Shown here piece after piece: positions 9,309 through 16,689 of a stretch of DNA of 28,645 bases. This DNA is from a virus (lineage: Duplodnaviria > Caudoviricetes): IMG/VR virus record IMGVR_UViG_3300038530_001755, positions 1 through 28,645 of that record, one strand, 5' to 3'. The notes beneath the pieces are model-generated. The model had not been told where the DNA came from. It did no database searches and worked only from the letters and a program-made list of their open reading frames with translations. The stretch's first letter is position 1. Every line of letters begins with the position of its first letter. Made by a program: the position numbers and the translations under genes.

Positions 9309-9634
9309 GTAATGTCAAACCTAAAACGGCAAGGAGCTATCGTGGAGCTATGGTCGATGACAACGCTATTATATCTATTAATATTAAGTGGCTTATTCAA
9401 GCAGTTGTGGTTATCGCTGGACTTGTTTATTCGTACTTACAAGTTGAAAATAGAATTAAAGAACTTGAGCGAAGAGTGGAACTCGCTGATAATAACATTG
9501 AAGAACTTGTCAATAAGCATATAGCAGAAGAAGAAGTAAAAATAAGTAAAATGCAAGAACAATTAGAATGGTACGAAACAGAATTAAATTTAAACCCTTT
9601 AAGTTGGGGAAAGAAAAAGAGAAAAAGAAAGTAA
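9305..9634 (+). CDS. Single-TM coiled-coil membrane protein (lysis-cassette candidate)
   Basis: TM WLIQAVVVIAGLVYSYL, then a coiled coil and a basic tail. Confidence 0.6.
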   Translation: MSNVKPKTARSYRGAMVDDNAIISINIKWLIQAVVVIAGLVYSYLQVENRIKELERRVELADNNIEELVNKHIAEEEVKISKMQEQLEWYETELNLNPLSWGKKKRKRK

Positions 9635-9699
9635 TCTTAACTGAAGAAGACTTTCATCATAGCTATTTTATAAATCGTGAAGTGCGGAGAAAAAAATAA
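9568..9699 (+). CDS. Overlapping -1 frame ORF (43 aa) or frameshift extension of 9305-9634 (not in ORF track)
   Basis: MVRNRIKFKPFKLGKEKEKKKVILTEEDFHHSYFINREVRRKK*; its stop forms TAATG with the next gene. Confidence 0.4.
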   Translation: MVRNRIKFKPFKLGKEKEKKKVILTEEDFHHSYFINREVRRKK

Positions 9700-10016
9700 T
9701 GGAATTCATGGAAGTGTACGCAGAAGGGGGTATGATCGCTGTCGCAGGGCTTTTGCTAGTGTATATGGTATTCTCTATGAACAAAAGAGGGTCGGAGCAG
9801 GCAGAAAGTTTGGCAGACCTAAAAACAGAGAATAGAGGTCAAAGTGAAACACTCGAAAATATGGAGGGTATGGTTATTAAACTTATTAGCCGTTGGAATC
9901 AAAGTGACGACAAGTTGGACAGAAAGTTTGATTCAATTACGAAGGAGATTAATGATCTGGATAATCAAATATCGGAAATAAAAGGTGTTATTAGTAGATT
10001 AAATGGAAAGCATTAG
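9699..10016 (+). CDS. Putative holin-like single-TM coiled-coil protein
   Basis: N-terminal TM (GGMIAVAGLLLVYMVF) and coiled coil, an architecture like BhlA/XhlA; RBS GGAG. Confidence 0.5.
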   Translation: MEFMEVYAEGGMIAVAGLLLVYMVFSMNKRGSEQAESLADLKTENRGQSETLENMEGMVIKLISRWNQSDDKLDRKFDSITKEINDLDNQISEIKGVISRLNGKH

Positions 10017-10024
10017 GAGATAAT

Positions 10025-10336
10025 ATGCCAAAAAAGAAAGATCCAAGATTAGCTAGAGCGGGTGTATCAGGATATAATAAACCTAAGCGTACTCCCGGAC
10101 ATCCTAAGAAGTCACATGTAGTTGTGGCTAAAGTAGGTGATAAGGTAAAGACAATTCGTTTTGGACAACAAGGCGTAAAAACTAATCAAACAGTAGGACA
10201 ACGTAAGGCGTTTAAAAGTCGCCATGCAAAAAATATAGCTAAGGGCAAGCTCAGTGCCGCCTATTGGGCAAATCGAGTTAAGTGGAGTCCTAGTAAAACT
10301 AAATCTAAATCTATGAAATGGAAGAAAGGTAGTTAA
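10025..10336 (+). CDS. Highly basic conserved viral protein (DUF5754-like motif pattern)
   Basis: IRFGQQG...RKAFKSRH...SAAYWANRVKW; only two acidic residues in 103 aa; RBS AGGAG. Confidence 0.65.
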   Translation: MPKKKDPRLARAGVSGYNKPKRTPGHPKKSHVVVAKVGDKVKTIRFGQQGVKTNQTVGQRKAFKSRHAKNIAKGKLSAAYWANRVKWSPSKTKSKSMKWKKGS

Positions 10337-10492
10337 ATGAATAAAAAAGTAAAAGCACCTAACGGCTATCATTGGATGAAATCTGGTAAGGGTTTTAAGT
10401 TAATGAAGAATCCTAAAGGTGGATACAAAGCACATAAAGGTTCTAGCTTGATGGCATCCTTTAAAGTACAAATGACACATAAGAAGAAGTGA
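10337..10492 (+). CDS. 51-aa basic protein (not in ORF track)
   Basis: MNKKVKAPNGYHWMKSGKGFKLMKNPKGGYKAHKGSSLMASFKVQMTHKKK; abuts the previous stop, RBS AAGG, TGATG coupling downstream. Confidence 0.75.
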   Translation: MNKKVKAPNGYHWMKSGKGFKLMKNPKGGYKAHKGSSLMASFKVQMTHKKK

Positions 10493-10614
10493 TGGCTAAG
10501 AAAGTAAGTTGGATGTGGGGTGGTAAGAAACATTACGGCACACTAATAAGAGAAACTAAAACACATAAGTTTGCCAGAACAAAAAATGGTAAAGTAAAAA
10601 AGATAAAAAAGTAA
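10492..10614 (+). CDS. 40-aa basic protein (not in ORF track)
   Basis: MAKKVSWMWGGKKHYGTLIRETKTHKFARTKNGKVKKIKK; TGATG and TAATG coupling at both ends. Confidence 0.75.
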   Translation: MAKKVSWMWGGKKHYGTLIRETKTHKFARTKNGKVKKIKK

Positions 10615-11012
10615 TGGCTAAAACAGCAAAAAAGACTAACGAAAAAATGTGGAAGAGCATTGTAGCTTCTGTAAAAGCTGGCAGTGCTGGAGGAAGACCG
10701 GGGCAGTGGAGTGCTCGTAAAGCTCAAATTGCCACAAAGCGTTATAAGAAAAGAGGTGGTGGGTACAAAGGTGCTAAATCATCTAGTAATAGATTATCTA
10801 AATGGTCAAAACAGAAATGGGATTATGTCAGCAAGGGAGATGAAAAAAAGCCAAGAGCTAAGAGAGGTCGTTATTTACCTGAATCAGTTAGGAAGAGTCT
10901 CAGTGCCTCAGAGCGTGCGGCTACCAATAGGAAGAAAAGACAAGCTTCTGCCAAGGGTAAACAAAGAGCTAAATACAGTAAAAAAGTAGCTAGAAAAGTA
11001 AGAAGAGCGTGA
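10614..11012 (+). CDS. Highly basic DUF5872-like protein
   Basis: GGRPGQWSARKAQ...YKKRGGGYK...L.KW..QKW...RYLP motif series. Confidence 0.7.
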   Translation: MAKTAKKTNEKMWKSIVASVKAGSAGGRPGQWSARKAQIATKRYKKRGGGYKGAKSSSNRLSKWSKQKWDYVSKGDEKKPRAKRGRYLPESVRKSLSASERAATNRKKRQASAKGKQRAKYSKKVARKVRRA

Positions 11013-11227
11013 AGTTGAACACAAATATATCTATTGAAAATATTGTTACAATACTTACAATGGTATGTGCAGTGACATTGGCATTTAGCTTTATGAAATA
11101 TGATATAAATGCATTGCAAAAAGAGTTGAAAACAAAAGCTGATAAAGAATTAATAACATATAAAATAGATGTAATGATGGAAGACATTACAGAAATAAAA
11201 GAAATACTAAAGGAGAAAAGAAAATGA
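11009..11227 (+). CDS. Single-TM coiled-coil membrane protein
   Basis: GTGA overlap; TM IVTILTMVCAVTLAFSFM then a coiled coil. Confidence 0.6.
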   Translation: MKLNTNISIENIVTILTMVCAVTLAFSFMKYDINALQKELKTKADKELITYKIDVMMEDITEIKEILKEKRK

Positions 11228-11457
11228 GTAAAGCAATATTAGCAAGTATTATTGACAAAGCTAAAGATCAGATTGTGGAAAAGTATGCAGATGATATGGT
11301 AGATCACATACAATCTGATGACTTTAAAGAACAGCTTGCATCTAAAATAAATAAAAAAATTGATATTCCTTTTGTTAGTGAAGAGAAAGAACAGATATTC
11401 TTTGAGAAGTGTGTTGACCTTGTTACTGATATAATAGAAGGATTAGTAAAAAAATAA
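11224..11457 (+). CDS. Hypothetical helical protein
   Basis: 77 aa; RBS AAGGAG; ATGA overlap; KINKKIDIPFVSE motif. Confidence 0.65.
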   Translation: MSKAILASIIDKAKDQIVEKYADDMVDHIQSDDFKEQLASKINKKIDIPFVSEEKEQIFFEKCVDLVTDIIEGLVKK

Positions 11458-11460
11458 TCA

Positions 11461-13926
11461 GTGCCAAAGAGATTATATCAAATAAAAGATTTTTCAGGGG
11501 GACTGAATAATCTAAAAGACCCTGCCGACATAGCAGATAATGAAGTTGCAGATGTATCTAATCTAACCTTTACCAAACAAGGTGCGATTGGTGGTGCATT
11601 TAACATGAAGGATAATACTAATAATTTATTATCTGCTTATGATACATCACATATAGACCATATAGAAGCTGGTTACGGACTAGGATATTTTGAGACAGAT
11701 TTTGTTCGTGATGGTGTTACTCAAGAAGTAACTACTGCTGATAATACAGGAGGTAGTGAAGATGGATTTCAGCAAAATACAGGAACAAACGCACTTGAAA
11801 TGAAAGTTAATGGTTCTGCTGTTAATTTAACTACATCATATCCTGTGGGTACTAGACTTCTTATTACAGCACCATCCTTTCCAGCTAACTCAATAGATGC
11901 AAATGGTCAAGGTATATATACTGTTGTAGGTCATAGTGGTAATAATGTTATTTTAGATAGGACTATTACTATATCTGTTGAAACAGGACAGATATATTGG
12001 GCGGCTACTGTAGTAGGATTTAGTACTGGCGACAAAGTGTTGTTGCTTGCACATCCTGATGAACATAAGATAGATGTATACTCTACAAATACAGCGGGGA
12101 CTAACTGGCAACAAGATAGTATTACACTTAGATCATCTACTACTGGGATAAACTCTAAGGTATTATATCACAAAATAGATGATTCAATTAGATGTTTTGA
12201 TACTACGGATAAAAATGATAGTAAAGTTCAATGGTATGGCTGGATAAATAGAAGGCATTTTCAATTATTGCCAGCATTAGCTGGGTCTACAACTGATGAT
12301 AATTCTTATTTAGGATATTTTGCAAAAAATAATGATTTAGCAAAACCAACCAATGGGGATTGCGTGGATGGTGGTACTACACCTGCTGTATCTACATTTC
12401 CTACTGCTGGTAATGGGTTTGATTTTAACATATCTACAGATACAAGTGAAGAAGGATTAATTAGGTCTGGGGATTATGTATTTGCACAAAGTTTTATTTA
12501 TGATGATAATCAAGAAAGTTTATTAACTGAATACTCTACTACTGTTAATGTAGCTGATGCTGATGATTTTAAAGTATTCTCTGTAAATGTAGGAGCTAAG
12601 TCTCCTTATGATCCTAGGATATCTGGTGGTAGAATATATATAAAAGAAAAAGATTCTGATTCTGAATATTTATTACTTGTAGATATTAATCTAACTAAAG
12701 GATGTAGAACTAATTTATCTGATGAATATACTACGTTTAGAGATGGTGGTAGTTCTAATTATAGTAGTCCTACAACTAGTGCCTCAGATAATTTTATTAT
12801 AAAAGATTTAAATTTTATTACTTATGAAACTATAAATGGTTATTCTTCTAGTATATTTAGTAATGCATTAGGTGACCAAGGTGAATTTTGGAAAGATTCT
12901 ACTGTAGCTAATAATAGGGCATTTATATGTAATGTTACAATGAAAGATGAAAACTCTGGCAATACTAAAGCTACAGCACCTGTTAAGAATTATCCTGATA
13001 GGATTATGTATTCTATGCCAAATAGATTTGACACTTTTCCATCATTTAATTTTATAGAAGCGGCTAAGGGGGATGCTGATTATTATACAGCTATAGAATC
13101 TTTTGCAGATAGAATACTTGCATATAAGCAATATAGCCTAGATATTATAAATATATCTAGTCCCAGTGATACTAATTGGTTCTTAGAAGATAGTAAGAAT
13201 TATATGGGTGTAGAATTTCATGGTGCAGTTGCTAAGACTCAGTATGGTATAATATGGGTAAATAAACAAGGTTTGTATTTTTATGACGGCTCACAAATAA
13301 GAGATCTATCTGAGAATAAAATAGATGATGATACATGGTATAGCTTTGTAACCGTAAACTCTATGATAATATACGATGAGGCTACTAGTTTAGTATATGT
13401 AATTAAAAATTGTGCTAGTGATGGTGATGCTTATGTATGTGACTTAAAGAAAGGTAACTTTACATTCTTAAAAGATTTTACACATGATGGTATTACGAAT
13501 GTGGTGCACACTAATTTTTCAGATAGTACTAATGCTTTAGTAGGAACTGATGCTGGCTCTTCTACTAGGTTTTATAAATTACATAGAGATTTTCAAGCAC
13601 AAACAAATGTAATATTTCAAACAAAAGATTTTGATTTTGGTAGTTCAGCTAGGGCTAAAAAAGTATATGCTGTTTATCTTACATATAAATCTTCTGCTGA
13701 TATAACAGATACTTTTAGCTTAGTAAAAGATGACGGAGATAGTACTGATTTAATAAATACTATCCCTGCCAATGCATCTAATTATAACACTGTTAAATTA
13801 ATTGTTCAGTCTCCTGTAATATGTAATAAGATCTCTATAAGAATGGATACTTCTTCTACATCTGCTAAGGTAGAAATAAATGATATTAGTATTGAATATA
13901 GAGAACTATATAGAAAACTTGATTGA
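11461..13926 (+). CDS. Tail nozzle / DNA-stabilisation protein (tail tubular B / P22 gp10-like)
   Basis: 821 aa; N-terminal DFSGGLN...P..I.DNE, propeller-like IIWVNKQGLYFYDG, C-terminal FQTKDFDFG....KKV; precedes ejection proteins. Confidence 0.7.
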   Translation: MPKRLYQIKDFSGGLNNLKDPADIADNEVADVSNLTFTKQGAIGGAFNMKDNTNNLLSAYDTSHIDHIEAGYGLGYFETDFVRDGVTQEVTTADNTGGSEDGFQQNTGTNALEMKVNGSAVNLTTSYPVGTRLLITAPSFPANSIDANGQGIYTVVGHSGNNVILDRTITISVETGQIYWAATVVGFSTGDKVLLLAHPDEHKIDVYSTNTAGTNWQQDSITLRSSTTGINSKVLYHKIDDSIRCFDTTDKNDSKVQWYGWINRRHFQLLPALAGSTTDDNSYLGYFAKNNDLAKPTNGDCVDGGTTPAVSTFPTAGNGFDFNISTDTSEEGLIRSGDYVFAQSFIYDDNQESLLTEYSTTVNVADADDFKVFSVNVGAKSPYDPRISGGRIYIKEKDSDSEYLLLVDINLTKGCRTNLSDEYTTFRDGGSSNYSSPTTSASDNFIIKDLNFITYETINGYSSSIFSNALGDQGEFWKDSTVANNRAFICNVTMKDENSGNTKATAPVKNYPDRIMYSMPNRFDTFPSFNFIEAAKGDADYYTAIESFADRILAYKQYSLDIINISSPSDTNWFLEDSKNYMGVEFHGAVAKTQYGIIWVNKQGLYFYDGSQIRDLSENKIDDDTWYSFVTVNSMIIYDEATSLVYVIKNCASDGDAYVCDLKKGNFTFLKDFTHDGITNVVHTNFSDSTNALVGTDAGSSTRFYKLHRDFQAQTNVIFQTKDFDFGSSARAKKVYAVYLTYKSSADITDTFSLVKDDGDSTDLINTIPANASNYNTVKLIVQSPVICNKISIRMDTSSTSAKVEINDISIEYRELYRKLD

Positions 13927-14279
13927 TGATTAGAGAAGCAAGAAGAACGCAAAATTCTAAACAAGATAAGATACAGGTAGTAAAATCACAGCCATCTGTT
14001 AATTCACTTAGAGAAGGACAGGAAGTTATATACATATCTAAGTCTAATAGACTAGAAAGGTATAGAAAAGAACAAGGTAGGTTATGGGTATCTTTTATGG
14101 ATACAGATAATAGTTATAGGGTAAATAAAAATTTATCTGTAGGTGGTAATTTAAATGTAAAAGGTACATTAGATGTTAGTGGCGGTACTGTAAAACTAAG
14201 TAATTTACCTACAAGCGATCCAACTAATGCTGGTCAATTATGGAATGATTCTGGAACTTTAAAAATTAGTGCCGGGTAA
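13926..14279 (+). CDS. Small virion protein with fibre-like C-terminus
   Basis: ATG in TGATG overlap preferred to TTG 13923; LSVGGNLNVKGTLDVSG repeats and LPTSDPTNAGQLWNDSGTLKIS tail. Confidence 0.6.
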   Translation: MIREARRTQNSKQDKIQVVKSQPSVNSLREGQEVIYISKSNRLERYRKEQGRLWVSFMDTDNSYRVNKNLSVGGNLNVKGTLDVSGGTVKLSNLPTSDPTNAGQLWNDSGTLKISAG

Positions 14280-14288
14280 CAATATTAT

Positions 14289-14317
14289 GTGCGTTATAAC
14301 ATATTTATTATTAAATT
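14289..14317 (+). promoter_or_regulatory. Possible sigma70-like promoter for the ejection genes
   Basis: GTGCGT-N17-TAAATT in the intergenic gap, upstream of an AAGGA RBS. Confidence 0.35.
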
Positions 14318-14332
14318 CAAAGGACTTTTACC

Positions 14333-15718
14333 ATGAACAATCCAAATAATTTATTTAACATGATGCAGACTGGTGGTTTAACTAGTAGTGCTGGTGGTAC
14401 AAGGCTTGCTAGAGCTGTAAAAAGACAGTCCGATATTAAAAGATTAGAAAAGCAACAAAAAAGAGAAGCTAGAAGACAGAAGAGAGGTGGTTTTTTTGGC
14501 AGTCTTGCTGGATTAACTGGTGGTTTATTAGGTGCGGCTATACCGGGTTTGGGGTTAGTATTAGGTGCGGGTTTAGGAACTGGGTTAGGTAGATTATTAG
14601 GTGAAAAAATAGGTGCTGGCAAATCTAGAAGTTATGATAGGTCTGGTACTGTATTTGGACAACAAGCATTTAGAGATGTATCTCAGGCTAGTCGTGATTA
14701 TACTAGAGGTATGGGTGAAAGAGCAATAACATCAGGATTAAAAGCGGCTCTTACTGGTGGTTTGTCAAAAGATGGTGGCATTTACGGTTCTAAATTTAAT
14801 CCATTTATGGAAGGTAGTAAGTTTAGACAAGGTTTACTTAGCTTTTCAAGACCTCAGCTTAATACTTCTACACCTTCTCCTAATTTTATAAGTAAAACTG
14901 TGGGTAAGACTAGAGATTTTTTAGATCAATTACAAAACTTGGGATTGGCAAGAATGTATGGAATAGGTGGCAAAAGATTTGCTGAAGATGTTACTAGACA
15001 AGGAATGTTAGACAATGCTGGTTTATTAATGGGTCAAGATATAGATGAGTTTGCTTTTTTAGATGATGTGCAAGAGCAACCAAGTATATCTCAAGTTCCT
15101 GTAATTAGTGGTTCTTCTTTGATTGGATATAATCAACCTATACTTGAAAACTTTGAAGATGGTGGATTTTTAAAATTAAGAAGAGGGGCTTTTGTACCGG
15201 GAGATGAAGGTTTTGGAGGTGGTGCTAATACCACTATTAGTGGTAATTCTGGTCAAGCACCATTACTACCATCTGCTGGTTCATACTCTCCATTTAGCGT
15301 AGCATTAGGAGCTGGTTTTGAATTAACTCCTGAACAAGCTAGTTTAATATCTGATTTTGATCCTAGCTCTATAGAAAGTGCTAAGTCTCAATATCAACAA
15401 AATTTACTTGGAATGACTGGTGGTATGGGATTATCTAGCATGGGTCAAGGATTTGGTGCTAGGGCTAGAGCTGGACAAGAAGCATTATCGTCTGCTGGTG
15501 AAGCGATTGCAGATGTTACATCAGAAGCAGAAGCTCAATATGAGTCATCAGTATTAGGTCAAATGGCTGACCTTATTTCTGGTGGAGCTGAGTTTGAAGT
15601 AGCTGATTCTGTTCCACAACAACCACCTTCAAATCCGGGTACATTACCGGGTCAACAACAAGAAGGGTCTGATGGTAGGAATTATATTTGGACAGGTGTA
15701 AGTTGGATGGCAATATAA
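14333..15718 (+). CDS. Putative ejection/pilot protein 1
   Basis: 461 aa; Gly-rich hydrophobic segment (GGFFGSLAGLTGGLLGAAIPGLGLVLGAGLG) plus helical Gln/Ala regions; follows the nozzle gene. Confidence 0.6.
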   Translation: MNNPNNLFNMMQTGGLTSSAGGTRLARAVKRQSDIKRLEKQQKREARRQKRGGFFGSLAGLTGGLLGAAIPGLGLVLGAGLGTGLGRLLGEKIGAGKSRSYDRSGTVFGQQAFRDVSQASRDYTRGMGERAITSGLKAALTGGLSKDGGIYGSKFNPFMEGSKFRQGLLSFSRPQLNTSTPSPNFISKTVGKTRDFLDQLQNLGLARMYGIGGKRFAEDVTRQGMLDNAGLLMGQDIDEFAFLDDVQEQPSISQVPVISGSSLIGYNQPILENFEDGGFLKLRRGAFVPGDEGFGGGANTTISGNSGQAPLLPSAGSYSPFSVALGAGFELTPEQASLISDFDPSSIESAKSQYQQNLLGMTGGMGLSSMGQGFGARARAGQEALSSAGEAIADVTSEAEAQYESSVLGQMADLISGGAEFEVADSVPQQPPSNPGTLPGQQQEGSDGRNYIWTGVSWMAI

Positions 15719-16689
15719 TGGCTAACGGAAGAAGAAGCATATATAGTAGAAGACAGTCAATGCCAGCGGGTACTTATGATACCCCCTTAGCTGATTTTCT
15801 CGATGCACTACCACAATATATTAATCAGTATCAGCAGAACCAGATAAGGATGAAGCAATATGAGGATACTATACAACAAAGAGAGTATAACAACGAATTA
15901 AATTTATATAGATTATTACCAGATGAAGATTTAGGAAAAGCTATGGCAACATCTAAAAATCCTTCTATAAAATCTCTTGGTGAAAATATTATGTCTGAAG
16001 AAAACGCTTTTCAAGGTATGCTTAATTTTGATGAAGATGTAGATTTAACAGATATGAAAAAAATAGAAAAATTAACTAGTTTAGCTAATTCTCCTAATGT
16101 TGCAAAATACCAACATAGATTAAATCAAGTAAATAGTCAAATAAATAAAATAAAAAATAATTTTATTGTAAAAAAAATAAATGATTATTATAAAAAAAAT
16201 CCAAACGATCCTAGAAAAGAAACTGATTTATTAGCCGCTAGTGCTGGTCAAGGAGAGCTAGTATTAAAAGAACTTGTCACTAGAAAAAGTAGAAGTGATA
16301 GAGATTTAAGCCCAAGAGAACAAATAGATGTAGCTATTGAAGTACTTACAAATATTGAAAATGAAATAATGGGTTTAGGATCTCCAGAAAATTATACGAC
16401 AGAGCAAAAAAGACAAAAGCAAATATTAGATAGGAAAGCAAAAATTGTTATAAATTCTATGCAAGAATTAGGTGGATATGATTTTTCTAAAACTGGTTTA
16501 AATATAGATTTAAGTGATGTTAATACCGAGGAAGAAGGGTATTTAGAAAAAACATTAGGAAAATTTAGAGGTCTATTTGCTTCCGAAGAACCTAAAGATT
16601 TACCAATAACAACTTCTGAGGATATTAACTTAGGTGCTCCAGCAGATTCAACAGGGGTAGCCTTACCAAAAATAAAATTAAATTTTTAA
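15718..16689 (+). CDS. Putative ejection protein 2
   Basis: ATG in TAATG overlap (MANGRR...) preferred to TTG 15688; helical, Gln-rich N-terminus. Confidence 0.55.
   Translation: MANGRRSIYSRRQSMPAGTYDTPLADFLDALPQYINQYQQNQIRMKQYEDTIQQREYNNELNLYRLLPDEDLGKAMATSKNPSIKSLGENIMSEENAFQGMLNFDEDVDLTDMKKIEKLTSLANSPNVAKYQHRLNQVNSQINKIKNNFIVKKINDYYKKNPNDPRKETDLLAASAGQGELVLKELVTRKSRSDRDLSPREQIDVAIEVLTNIENEIMGLGSPENYTTEQKRQKQILDRKAKIVINSMQELGGYDFSKTGLNIDLSDVNTEEEGYLEKTLGKFRGLFASEEPKDLPITTSEDINLGAPADSTGVALPKIKLNF

Noticed and set aside
9312-9524. Nested +1 frame hydrophobic ORF as an Rz1-like o-spanin
   Set aside because: Contains no cysteine or lipobox; Leu-richness is expected from off-frame AT-rich codons.
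10684-10989. 101-aa alternative-frame ORF inside the DUF5872-like gene
   Set aside because: No clear RBS, no motif and no coupling to neighbours.
14288-14316. dif-like site (TGTGCGTTATAA-CATAT-TTATTATTAAAT)
   Set aside because: Resembles XerC/XerD arms, but the ATAA-N6-TTAT geometry fails (5-nt core, extra base in each arm); a promoter reading fits as well.
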